NCBI RefSeq assembly: GCF_964204645.1
Contig: NC_134031.1
Location: forward strand, 3,038,001-3,102,000
Reading direction: 5' to 3'
Origin: Tubulanus polymorphus
Lineage: Eukaryota; Animalia; Nemertea
DNA: 64,000 nt
Shown here piece after piece: positions 27,990-41,454 of this stretch; position 1 is the first letter of the stretch, and each line of letters begins with the position of its first letter. The notes under the pieces were generated by a model that was not told the origin of the DNA, did not search any database, and saw nothing but the letters and a program-made list of their open reading frames with translations. The translations under genes were made by a program, and so were the position numbers.

Positions 27990-28719
27990 TCATTAAAAGG
28001 AACGCCTGTTTCAATATTAATCCATTTCAGTTCGGTCGATTGACGATCAGAATAGACCACATCGATCCTGATATCGCGCGCTAACGATAATACCGCAGCC
28101 AGCAGCGGGACGCTGTTGATCCAATTATTTTCGCGTTGGTATGCGTAGGCGCTAGGACATAAAGACAGTCGTGCAATTTGTTGAACTGATTAGTACTATT
28201 TACGCAACAGCTGTCTGAGTGCTCGAATTCACACTAGTCATATCATGAAAACTAGGTTCGTCGATTGTGTTATCAAGGGTTTCTAGTCTGATGTGTGTAA
28301 ACGGTGACTTATCATTTCTGTTTATAGTCGAGATATGTGGCAGAAAAGCCACGTGTATTTACATGTATTATCGATGTGATTTGGAGACTTTCAACCAAAC
28401 TCACCGGGAATTAGTCATTCCCGACACCGGACTAATCTATAGCCAATTAGCCAATATTCTGATTATTTTTAAATTATTCATGTAAACCTCACAAATAATG
28501 CGGCATTGAGATGCTATCTTTTTTATATCCGGGCGTAATTCGTAGGCAGTTTACAGACATTCCCCAAGTGGATTCCCGTCATGGAACACCAGTCAGCCAA
28601 CCATCGCGTATACTCAAAACGGCTGTCGACTTCATAAATAATGCTAATTTAATCAAAGGTTATTATCTTAAAAAATACCACAGAAGAGAGGTTGGCGCTG
28701 TCATCGTCTACACTTTTAT

Positions 28720-29725
28720 GATGATCTCCAACATCTCCACCATCATCATCATCACCATCATCACAATCACTAACATCACCATCACCGCCATCCCGCGGAT
28801 CACCTTTATCTTCTCTAGCATCACCATCACTCCCATCACCATCACCACTACCATCACTAACATCACCACCATCTCCATCATCACCACCTTCATCACTTTC
28901 ACCACCAGCAACTTCATTATCATCACCATTACCTTCTCCAGCATCACCCTCACTAACATCTCCACCATATCCACCTTAACCTTCCCCGGCATCAGCATCA
29001 CGAACATCTCCACCATCTCCATCTTTACCTTCTCCAGCATCAGCATCACGAACATCTCCACCATCTCCACCGTTACCTTCTCCAGCATCACCCTCACTAA
29101 CATCTCCACCATCTCCACCATTACCTTCTCCAGCATCACCCTCACTAACATCTCCACCATCTCCACCGTTACCTTCTCCAGCATCACCCTCACTAACATC
29201 TCCACCATATCCACCTTAACCTTCCCCAGCATCACCATCGCTAACATCTCCACCATCTCCATCTTTACCTTCTCCAGCATCAGCATCACGAACATCTCCA
29301 CCATCTCCACCGTTACCTTCTCCAGCATCACCCTCACTAACATCTCCACCATCTCCACCATTACCTTCTCCAGCATCACCCTCACTAACATCTCCACCAT
29401 ATCCACCTTAACCTTCTCCAGCATCAGCATCACGAACATCTCCACCATCTCCACCGTTACCTTCTCCAGCATCACCCTCACTAACATCTCCACCATCTCC
29501 ATCTTTACCTTCTCCAGCATCAGCATCACGAACATCTCCACCATATCCACCGTTACCTTCTCCAGCATCACCCTCACTAACATCTCCACCATCTCCACCG
29601 TTACCTTCTCCAGCATCACCCTCACTAATATCTCCATCATCTCCACCATTACCTTCTCCAGCATCAGTATCACTAACATCTCCACCATCTCCACCGTTAC
29701 CTTCTCAAGCATCATCACTATCACC
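28720..29725. repeat. 48-bp triplet-structured minisatellite (C/A/T-rich on the plus strand)
   Basis: About 16 units of ACCTTCTCCAGCATCACCCTCACTAACATCTCCACCATCTCCACCGTT, grading into degenerate (CAT/CAC)n. Confidence 0.92.
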
Positions 29726-32700
29726 GAAACCGTTTTAAAGCATAATCATTTTACCGTTAATACAATATACTCAATGTTCTCTTATGAATATACAATTTGT
29801 GACAGTAACACTTATCTGATTATATATCACTTTCTATGCCACCAATAACTTTTATAGATTTCTATTTTTCTGCCTTTTATTCGTAATGTAATCAAATTTC
29901 AGCGTTATTAGTCGAGTAACAGATGTTTTGTATATTAAACACATCGCGCCAGATTGTACCCCGAGTTTAATGACATTTTCCTCTCATTATCCGTATTCAA
30001 TCGATACTTAGTAGTAGAGTTTATCAACAGATTTGAACAGTAATTAACATACCAGGTATATAGTTAGATATAGAGCCGTGTTGCTTCTTAATGTGGCGTA
30101 TGCCGATCATATACATGAAAGCAGATTTACGAATTTCCGATAATAGCCGCAGTATATTATCAATACAAAGAACCTTAGTGATGAGATCGCTGCCTCCAAA
30201 GCCGCGCAGATACATGGAGGCCACCGCTATGAACATTTGTGTCCGAATTCCCCTCCCCGCCAAATGAGTTACCTCGTACTTCAAACTGGCTCGTATATAG
30301 CGTGGGTTCTGTTGGTTCGAACGAGCAGGAAAATGAAACAGATATTCAATTCTCCGTGCCAGAAACCGTGAAATTGCACCTTGGTATCTAATTCACAAAA
30401 CATTTCACCCCTATGACCCCCGACCAAAAAATTACGAGGAGTTTTATTGCGTGGGAATCTAACAAAATGTCCGCTTTCGTGGAAATTGAACCCTCGGAAG
30501 AGATGACTTGCTACGGGACTGTCAAACATGTCTCATCGAAAATCGTTAACAAGTTTTGGATTGAACCGATTTTTCAGGTGCCTCATCAAAACGACATGGT
30601 TTGGTCGTTTGATGAATCACTGAAAATGAATCGGCATGTAGAAAATACTCGGTTCTGCCACTTATTGAGTTTGACGTCAAATATTAATTTGCCGCGTGAC
30701 AAAGATTAAATTCTTGCAAGCGCTCCGAAAAACCATTTTGCCGCTTGCGCTTTTTCGTCGATCATACAGGGAATTTGCCAGTAACGGTTTGTACGTCGCA
30801 AAAAAAGAAAGCAACTACATCTCGACGACGGAAATAACCAGATAACGAAGTTACTGTTTTTTGGGGAATATGCTCAGTATCGAATTGTCACGTTCTCTAA
30901 CGTTTGGTAATACTGCAAAAAAGTAACTAACTCAACGGAAATAACCGGATAACTAGGTTATTTTTATCATAGGCTCGTGCTGCGGCGGGCTGTCTCGACT
31001 GCCGCGAGTAATGAGACTGACAATCGGCAAATCGAATCTTCTGGCTGAACGACGATGGATCTCGACGATAGAAGCATCGCCAACCGACACTATTTCCACT
31101 GACAATCGAGGCGAAAGAGGCGTCCAGTGCTGTATAGACGAATGCGTATGTAAACATGCCCGTAGATATGCACGAACCACGAACTAAAACTATCGCCAGA
31201 TTCAAAGAAAATGGATAAAAGACGTTCCCCGATCATCATCTGAACAACCACTGATGAGTGTGTGTGTGTTTTTTTTTCATATTGGAAAGAGTGTCGTTGG
31301 ATCATTTCCTTACTTTCCCAGGCATATTTCCTTGATTCGTATTTCACGATAGTCGTTCAATCTCACGCATACAAATAGCTCAGCGCCAGGTTGTTTTTAG
31401 ACAAGCAATAAGTTAACTAACCCCGCAGGGGTTGACCGAGTTTATAGACAATTCCGTTAGCCCACGGGTTTTAACTGAATATTGGTCTATAAAACCGGTA
31501 CATTCAATCACAACGCGCAAACAGGGACTTGGTGAAAATGAAACCGACTACCAATATCCGCATTGACGCGATGTCACATGCAAAAAACAACGGATTTGAT
31601 TATTGCTCTGACCATTGACTTCGTGGTCTGCCTAACAAAATTGAGAATGTTTTATGGACTGGATTTTGACCGCAACACGAAATAAAGCAGAGGTATTTTC
31701 CCAGGTTCATGTGCCATATACGATTTGTTCTATGCAGTCGATAGACAACCGACTACATTTTTGTTCCGAAGCGGAATAATTATGACAAATGTCAATCGTC
31801 TTCTTTCTATCGAATATATCGGTATTCGTGGAAATCTAATTAAAAACCTGAGTTCGTTAATCGACATGTTTTTCGTCACGTAGTAAGTAGCTGGCTTACA
31901 AGACCCGTTATTTTGAAATATCCCTATCATAGGGTGTATGGGGTTCAAATGATGATGGATATATAGGGGCCATCTGTCGCTCGGGGCCCAGTGCTTCGTG
32001 GTGTGGTACATCCGCAAACGTTTTTGAAATGTATCCCTGGTTGGTAACAGAGTCGAAAGCCTATAAATCCGTATCCAATTGTTTCTACCCGCTCCTGTAA
32101 CGAGCGAAAATCGATCACGCTTCTCCACGACACGATGCCGAATGGACGAATAGCGTTTTGAAGACTTATTCGTGATCGGAATTTAAGAGCGTCGAAACAA
32201 CGTCGAGACGAATAAATAATTTAGCGAGCATTCACTTTACGCGCTGACTGGCGAACGAAATGGGGATGATTTGATTTTTCTAGACATAGATAGAACTGAT
32301 ATATGCATATATACACACGAGCCAGAGCTATCGACGTGTCTGTGTAAAGACCGCTCGACTTTGATTTCATCAATGCCATCGTCATTGATTTTGACCGCGT
32401 CGCAATATACCGGCATCAGTCGCCATGCGGTAGTTCTCTCACACAGTATCGGAGCATAGTCGACGAGCAGTACTCACCACGCGGAATAAAAGCCAGATTG
32501 TGACTACTCGCTTGTGGCTGGTACGCGCTTCTGCGAGAGTTTGTCCGGTGCAATTCGATGGGAAAAAAAACGTCCGGATCTGTATCACAATCGACCGACG
32601 CCTTCGCGATTATACTGTAGATACTAAACCAGCTGAGCGTTTTGAGACACTTGATCGAATAGTTGAAGTTGCAAGGGTGATTACTTGATCTGTGGCGGCA

Positions 32701-32866
32701 GATGTGTTGGGATCGTCAGATGAAGTCATTTCGAGTTGATAATGCTTCGATATTAATCGCCAAATCAATCGTACTTATATGCATTTAAACTGTGTTGCCA
32801 GCGATTCGGAAATATAGACAATTTTCGTTTTATTTCGTATAAATATCGAAAAGAACTTTATTGGAA

Positions 32867-33137
32867 ATGGTGCTGATACAAAGTCTGACGAGTGGTTTAG
32901 TAAACTTACGGCGGGCGTTGTTTCGCGTTAAGAAGATACACAGATCGCAGGATTACGGGGACGCCGGCGTTTCCGACCTTTCGCAATGTCTGTCGACGTT
33001 GGATCTAACCAGTTTGGGAATAGGAAGTATTTTAGGCGCCGGCGTGTACGTGGTAGCCGGGCAAGTAGCGAAAAGTATAGCAGGACCGGCAGTGATATTA
33101 TCGTTCACAATAGCGGCTTTTGCGAGCGTCCTTTCTG
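32867..33137 (+). CDS. SLC7A14: SLC7A14-like cationic amino acid transporter, coding exon 1
   Basis: [53 protein letters not shown] is the CAT TM1-TM2 signature. Donor G|gtaagt, phase 1. Confidence 0.9.
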
Positions 33138-36100
33138 GTAAGTCTTTCGAATATCCCCTGCTAATATTTCGAATAAGTTTTGTGAAAAACATAGTCTATT
33201 TTGATGAAAAAAAAACCTATACAGTGTGTTTTGGGGCGTTGGGCTTTGGCTGAGTAGCTTATTTCTACAAAATTCATAATTTGTCATTCTCGTTCTGGGA
33301 TTTATCTATTCTGACTTGACAATCTGATAAAATGAAACACTAAGACATAAATGTCAAAGTAAGTAACGTTGATGATCAGAGAGTTCGCTCTAAAATATTC
33401 AACTCCGTGTATTTCAATGCTTGATTAAAAGGGGTTTAGATAAGAACCCGTCAAAAATGTAAACGGCAAATACATGTGCTCATTAAAGTTTAATTATGCT
33501 ATCGATAACAGAACGGCGTGCTTCGAATAGGATTTCTCAATAATCAAACGGGTTTACGTGAAAGTACCAGCTCCATTTCTACACGTTCTGATTCTGTATC
33601 AGTATTCGTTATATTCACGTAATTCCTTCACAATACTCATCGCCCTGTCTCTTCGAATGAAAGTATGTTTCATTTGAATGACGCGTGATGTTCGCAGAAA
33701 ACACGATTCGAACAAACAGATCAATTTGGCGAAACGAGTGACGTCAATGTGAAAAATTCGAAACGTACGTTGTAAACTAGCGCTGATCTATTTCATCTAC
33801 GCTATCATTTTATTTGCCTAAACCTTTCTGAAGTTTAAAATTACTAATAAATACACTTTAGGCCGGGGTGGAGGCTCGATCGTGTATCTGTTGTTAAGTT
33901 GCCGTCTGAAGATGGATCTGTTTATAGTTTTAACTGTCATGTACGGTCTAGACCTATGTCGATGTTATGCTATATGTATTGTGTTCTTTCGATTCATTGT
34001 CATCAGCGTAGAACATAGGTTTTCCGAATGATATATAATTTATTGGACGAGATCAATGATATACAACCCGCATGGAACAGGTGTTTTGAGATGAAGAAAC
34101 AATCTAACTTCGTTAACCCTTTATCCGCAACATACGCGTTCTGTGACAATCCCGCACTTCTAACAAAACATGTACTTCTCTGCTAACGGCTGCCGTGGAA
34201 ACTGCGCTAGTAGTGGAACAAACCTAGTACGATTCTATTTAAACGATACCCGTTGATTACGATGATCTCCAGCATGTCCCAGCTAACATATCTATATCAA
34301 TCAAGATTTGGATAATACGAAACCCGTTAAATAGGAGAATTTCACTTTTTCCCACAGGATTCGTATCAACAACGACGTTTCGTCGTATCAACAACGACGT
34401 TTCAGTCCTATGTGTTAGTTACCACGCTTCAATTTCTTCTATATTTATTCATTCGAATTCGCATCAACTTTTCGGATAAGTCGCCTAAATTTTCAGTGAA
34501 CACTTTCCCAAACATCAGTAGAGAAGTCAGTCAATCGCATCTAGTTTGATCACTCGTTTGATAACAGGCCTTAGCTCTAACACCATCGACAAACCGATAT
34601 TGACTACGCTACAACGACCGTACTGTGCTGCCATCTGGTGTGTGCGGGATTCCGCCATTCGATTTTGCATTAAGTACGAGTCCCACATTTTGACAAAATC
34701 ATTTTGAAATTGCAACTCTTTATCAAATGGTCAATACGTTTGTTCAGATGTGAATATTTTCAGCGCAAATCTATATTCTGCTCTCAGCCTGTTTAGAGAA
34801 AAACATCTGCAAATGTGCATATTCTTATTCGAATTGACTTACATACGCAACACCAATTCTCCACTGTTGAGGGTATATATAGGCTTAATGGCGTTACTTG
34901 ACTTCATTTGTTCGTTAGAATTGCTATTAAGACGAATTTCTAATATTAATTTTATAACTAAATCATTTTGATGCACGACTGGGCCCCAAGGGTAGGAATC
35001 TCACAAAAAGTATAGCATTTCAATCGCAAGTCAGCTTTGTAATTTCAGACGGACAGCGAAGAAGATACATCGTAACTTTTCGTAACTACATGGCTCAATT
35101 TTTGTTTAAAAAAAAAACAATCTAAATCTGTTCATTGATTTCATTTTGATTAAAAATCATCCTGAACTCCTGGTTTGAAAACATGCCGTTCTAACTGCGC
35201 AAATACGTGCCCCTCTAGGTAGATATATTTATGATAGATACCTCACGCAATCGATAGTATTTCGATGCCGTTAGCTTGAGGACTTTTTGATTCGTCGATG
35301 ACTCTCGGTTATCGTTTTTTGTAGGTACTTTTTGTTCGGCATTGTGGGAACGTAACACATGTGTCGACAAAACAAACTGTCACCGGATCGATTCATTAAA
35401 CATATATCTATGTATATCTAAAGAAATGCATTGTTTTTGTGTCGTCGGCTTTTCTCACACGTTGACTTTTGAATTTCGAATTAACAACGATCGATATTAA
35501 CAAGTATAAATCGATTAGGGTTCATTTTCATGTCAGCGTTTTTTTTTCAGCTATCTCGCTAAAATTGTTTGCTCTGCAGAAAACAGGGTAGGGCCAACCT
35601 CGGATACGTGCATGGGCGCGTAATGGGGGCCCTACTGTGTTGAACTGTACCGCAATTTAACCGCGCGTCTCATCTGCCCGCTCTAAATACCGCATAAGAG
35701 ACCCTCATTGTCTCTCGCACTCATGTTCGCAATCTCTTCAGCTGCGCGTCGTGCTATAGATTTTACTTGATTTCTATTAGATTATTAAATACACAACCGC
35801 GATATATCTATTCTGCTGCACGTACAACCAGCCGCGGGCTGACATAAACATCTAATACAATCTACACCCGACTCAATTGCTTCGCCAACGCTTCCACTCT
35901 TCGATATTAGATAACTTTTTATATGTGGATCTGCATCTCGATTTGCTTCGTCGACAATGACCATTTCTGGTCTTTTAGTATAGGGTTGCTGTTGTACATA
36001 TTCATTTATTCCTTTTACGTTTTTTTTGTCGCTGGTTCGTTCAAACCCATATTTGTTCGCTTTATTTGCCAAAGCAAAAATACTATTCGCGATTTTCCCA

Positions 36101-36243
36101 CAAGGCTCTGTAATTACGGTAAATGAATTGGACTGGCTTACGTCACATGGCTAGAAACCTCGCCGATATTCGTCGGATCTCGTATGATTTTAGATACGCG
36201 ATATTTGCTGCTCTATATACAGGAAAATTCCATACCAAACCCA

Positions 36244-36400
36244 TTTCGGCTAACAACACTGTTAGCCATCATCAGGCGTACTAAATGCAGTACGCCTGAT
36301 GATGGCTAACAGTTGTTAGCCGAAACGCCGCTCCTAAAATTTATAATCATTCTGATATAGAATTTTTCAATCTTGTCTTCATTATTGTGGGATTTCTCTC
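36244..36400. mobile_element. Penelope-like remnant: 82-bp palindrome with hammerhead core
   Basis: Inverted repeat 36244-36325. CTGATGA(36296)-T-GGCTAAC-AGTT-GTTAGCC-GAAAC. Downstream TGTGGGATTTCTCT resembles the end of the 20.4-kb element. Confidence 0.65.
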
Positions 36401-36489
36401 GTCAATATGAATTTATGTTAAGACCTAAATTGACCTCATTGACCTTACCGAGTAACTAGACCTATGATATATCGTTATTTCTATTTCAG

Positions 36490-36935
36490 GGCTGTGTTAT
36501 GCAGAATTCGGTTCCCGTGTGCCCAAAACGACCGGGTCAGCCTACGCCTATAGTTACAGCACAGTCGGAGAGTTCATCGCTTTCATTATCGGATGGAACC
36601 TCATCCTCGAATATATGATCGGAACGGCCGCCGATGCGCGCGCACTCAGCGGAAGTATCGACTTCCTGACGGGAAATCGCATCCGTGACGTCACGCTAGA
36701 GAAAATCGGCCGAATTCCCGGTTTGGACAGTTATCCGGATTTCCTCGGATTTCTAGTAACGATTTTAATCACGGTTGTTTTGGCGATCGGCGTCAAAACG
36801 TCCGCAGTTTACACAACAATCTTCAACGCGTTGAATATATGTCTAGTCGTATTTATCATAGTATTGGGACTATTCCATATTGACTTCGCTAATTGGACAG
36901 AACCGCCTGGCTTCTTTCCTTACGGGGCAAACGGG
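36490..36935 (+). CDS. SLC7A14: SLC7A14-like transporter, coding exon 2
   Basis: tttcAG|GG CTG TGT TAT reads GLCYAEFGSRVPKTTGSAYAYSYSTVGEFIAFIIGWNLILEYMIGTAA. PKTTGSAY and LILEYxIGTAA match SLC7A14 rather than CAT1-3, as I recall those sequences. Donor gtaagc, phase 0. Confidence 0.92.
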
Positions 36936-38326
36936 GTAAGCTATAATGTCAATGAAGACTTAGCGATCAAAGATTCCGCTTGCGTCGATCCAAAAGGGTG
37001 GTAAATGTGTGTGCAATGCATGTTCAATTGGAACATGATTTTTACTAATAACTGATAACTAATAACTTTGACCAAGAATGTCCTACTATCGTGCGCGCCA
37101 TCTGGTGGGATAAGCAGTAGAACTAGTTGCTCAGAGCGTAGAACTATAAACGACCTGAAACGCCGACCCCCAAACGTCACAATACATCTTCCTTCGCAAT
37201 CTTCAAGATTTCGCGCCCAATTATCTAATATGGTTTATAACTAACGGTGAGGGCATCGAGTAAACGCAAGGTAGCTAGCGGTACCTGGCGGATTTTTGAG
37301 TATTCGACGTTCCCGGTCGCGCACAGTTCTATGTTCAGACTAATAATGATAATAATGTTTTATTTACGAATTAAATTACAATATAAAGTAGTAGGAATTA
37401 GTACAAAATATTGTAAAATAGGACGTTGGACGACAGGTGACTAACAAACCCCCTTCATCTTTGTTTGCATATATACATGATAAATCCTTCCTAAGACCGA
37501 ACAATATCTCAATGATGTATAACTATATTCTAAATTATTGCCATTGTTCAATTAAGCGACGGTTTTAATGGCCATATTTATTCCTCGTGGCTCGTATGCA
37601 AAGAGATTCAGTAAATCGTGTCTAGACGATGAACAATATATACACACTAGATATATCATCATGAAGACGAGATTCTAGTATCTCGTAATTCTATCTAGGC
37701 ACACGACATGCTCGGCAGCCATCCCTCTGTCCGTTGCTTCCCAACAGCGAATAGATGATCTTAGTATTACACGCACTATACCACGTTGCATTCCCTCGAG
37801 TCTGAGTTTCTCCTTACTGCGTCTCCTATTTCTTCACGCATCCGGCGGAACGAAAACGAACGACGAGATTACATTCGAGATAACATAGCTTTTAATATCG
37901 ACATTCAAGACGCTACTTAGTTTTATTGAATAACATTCGTTCGTTGGAATGGCGGTGCAACTGTTTCTTCTAAACTTAAGGCCCATAACATGCTCTCTAC
38001 CACGGACACGCTACACCCCTGATAGATTATAAATGCATTTCTTTCAATTATATTTGTCCGAAAATGGGTTTGATTAAAAAGGTTTTACCGTTTTAAAACG
38101 TTTGTTCCTCAACCGACCGCCAGTGAGCGCTGGTGGTCGAACTGTGTTTTGTAAGGGTCTTGACGATTCAAACACCGTGAAAAATAGAGAACTTTTAAAT
38201 TAAGCGTTAAAGGTACCTACAGGTACCACTACACGTATCATCATAATATATGACCTTGATATAATGACCGAATTCCCGATACCGTGGAACTAAAACGCTA
38301 AAATCGTTCTGTTTTTATAATTTCAG

Positions 38327-39695
38327 GTTTTATCTGGGGCCGCATCTTGTTTCTACGCTTTCGTCGGTTTCGATATAATCGCTACGACTGGCGCCGAAGC
38401 CCGCACGCCCAGTCGATCAATCCCGATCGCTGTAGTCGTATCGCTCGTCTTCTGCTACATATGCTACGTGGGCGTGTCAGCTGTGACGTCACTAGTCGCC
38501 CCGGTCACCACGCTCGCGTCCAGTTCGCCGATCGCGGAAGCTTTCGGCGTCATCGGAATCCACTGGGCGAAATACGTAATCGGCGTAGGCGCCGTTTTCG
38601 GATTGTGTAGTAGCCTCCTAGGCAGCATGTTTCCACTGCCGAGGATTATATTCGCTATGTCGATCGACGGGCTATTTTTTAAACAGTTCACACAAGTTAA
38701 CGAACGCACGGAAACACCTTTATTGGCTACGGTCGTACCGGGCGTGATCACGGCCGTTTTTACGGCGCTTTTCAACTTGCACGAATTGGTCGAAATGATG
38801 TCTATCGGCACACTGTTGGCGTACACGCTCGTGTGCACGTCGGTCCTCATTTTACGATATCAACCGGACGAAATGACGACCGCGTGCGGCGAAAATAACA
38901 ACGCCAGACCGAAGCGACGAACGCTGCCGAAAAAGGTGACGAAGCCCGACGTGGCCGAGGCTTTGAAAAGCGATCTCTACGCGATTAAATCGTCGATTGA
39001 AAACTCGAGAATCATTCCGTCCAGACGCACTGCGAGACTAACCGAACGCGATGACGACGGGGCCAGCGTATCCGAGGTGAAACTAATAACCGGACTGACA
39101 CCGGACTGCAGCCCGGCGCACAACGGACACGGACCCGTTAACGACGCCGATAGTAATCGCGCACAAACGATAGAAGATTATTCAGACGATGAAGACAGTA
39201 GCGAAAGCGACGAAAATGCCGAACTAATTCAGAACCCGAACGACCTGGACGAGGACGACGAATCGTCCGATCTGGATATAGACGCGATCGTCGACGAATT
39301 CCGACGAAAGGTCGGTACGAATCGATCGATCGACGATCACGATCAAACGATCGGTCGACAGCCGACCAGACGATCGGGTAAGTTCGTCTGCTACGCGACT
39401 TCAGCGTTGTGCGCGTTGTTTTTACTGTTCTCGTTATTGGTGACGTTAGGAATCGAGCAATTAGAGGCGAAACATCCCGGTATTATAATCTCTATAGTCG
39501 TCGTGATCGTATTGATCGTTACTTTGTTCGCATTTATTTGGTGTCAGCCGCAGGATAAGATCGGACTGGCCAGACTTACCTTCAAAGTGCCGCTGGTGCC
39601 GTTAGTTCCGATCGTAGCCATTTTCATCAATATTTACCTCATGGTGCGTCTATCCAGTGTCACGTGGATAAGATTTCTCGTCTGGATGGGTTTAG
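38327..39695 (+). CDS. SLC7A14: SLC7A14-like transporter, coding exon 3
   Basis: tttcAG|VLSGAASCFYAFVGFDIIATTG...MFPLPRIIFAM...MMSIGTLLAYTLV...long acidic loop...FKVPLVPLVP...TWIRFLVWMGL. Donor G|gtacgt, phase 1. Confidence 0.93.
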
Positions 39696-41454
39696 GTACG
39701 TATATGCTAATTTCTCTTTTTTTGTTCGAATGGATTGCATGCATACGAAGCCCCGAAGGTGGCATTGTAGAAAAAAATAAACATTGTTTTCGTTCAAACG
39801 AAGGTTTTTCGTGGTAACGAAATTATCTTTCGTTTGACCAAAATGTTTTTCGCTTCTTGATGTTAGGCAAATCTGCCTGACCCTGAATCTATGGAGGTGG
39901 TCAAACGGAATGATTACTAAAGAGATATGGGCCATTTGGAAAGTCATAGACCGACTGCATGACTACCTTATATCCATTAATTCTCCCAATCTATGTTACT
40001 AAGCCTGTATGTATAGAAAATAGCGAAATTATTGTATTATGATTCTCATTTCGGCTTTAAAGTGTTGAAATGATTCAGGACGTCGAGTGTCAACGGTCTA
40101 TAAATCAAAATGGCAAAACTAAATACTGTTGTTGATCAATGGCTGTCGTTATGCAGTGAAATGATAAGTATGACAAGTATTGATAGTGAAAAAATAGAAA
40201 CGTTGAAACCGATCTGCGCGAGTGAGTCCATTAACACCAGACATTGATTTGTGGATCTGACCGCGAACTGTGAGACTGCGAGTAAAAAAAGATATGAACC
40301 AATAAACCAAACATCGATCAACTGCGCTGTCACCGGCCACGGCGAATTATTGAAAAAAAATCTAGCTTCCTCGCCGCCAAAGCAAACATAACATGTTAAT
40401 ATATCATAAAATCAGTGCGCGCTTCCCAGCGCGACGATTTAGAACACAAGAACAAGATATTCGGCTCGGCGTTGCGTGCTAAGAACGAACGCAAACAAAT
40501 GATCGCAGTACTAGAATATATATGAACGTATAGGCTATTTCAGGAGAACTTAATACGAGCGTGTCTTTACACTGCCGCGCCACACCGCCATATTTTATTC
40601 AGGAACCTGACGACCAGTGTTTGTGTGCCTAATCGACGTCGATATCGCTGGGGGAAATCGCAACGAAAACACGATTCAACTCTCTGGCTCATTGAGAAGG
40701 ATACACGGCGCGGATAAAAACGACTACGGAATTCTATCAAGAGAGCAAAATAGAAGGACGAACTTCTTTGTTTTTGATATTCACATCAGAATTGGACCAA
40801 CGGAGCGCTCCTCTTTCCTGAGGTCAGTGCCACAAGCATTGCTGTTCTCTGCGACAATAGCAACAAAGATAAAGTCTGCAGTGAGAATAGTTGCTTCCTG
40901 AACCCCACGTTTCGCTATAACGTGGAATTGGATGTCGGTTGTCCTTTAACACATCGGTGGGAACGTTCAGTATCATTTCCATGGAATAAAAGCGACGTTT
41001 GGAATCTAGACGGATACAGCGCCTTTGTTACAGCAGCAGGGACTCATCTGACGTTAAATTTAGACGAGACTCTTGATCCCGAAGACGTCGTGGAATGCAA
41101 TAGAAAGTCTGTAAAGATATTCGGTATAAGCCGCGTGACCTTTTCAGGCAGGCGAATTACTCTTTATTGAATTTTCGTCATCAACAGTCGACAGACTGGG
41201 ATGAAAGGAATTTAAAAGTCGTTCGTTATCGCCGGGGTGAATCCGAGTAATGTTGGCTGTTAAACTGTGATAATGGATTAACATTGTTCGAGAAAGCGTC
41301 GCGGCGGAGCAGGGAGCGAGCCATTAACAGCAGCAGCAATACACGGGCGTTAATGTATCACCTGTAGCGTGTTGACGGTAATCGGGTCCGTAATCGAACA
41401 TTTTAAGCGTCTGCAATTACAAAACGGACCATAGATTTTTGAAATATATCAACG

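Noticed and set aside
28511-29848. 445-aa (+) and 338-aa (-) ORFs
   Set aside because: Open only because of the triplet-structured 48-bp minisatellite; the compositions are implausible.
35785-36072. Possible piggyBac transposase fragment (NKANKYG, KRPEMV, GVD)
   Set aside because: Motif spacing does not fit, and I found no supporting TIR or TTAA structure.
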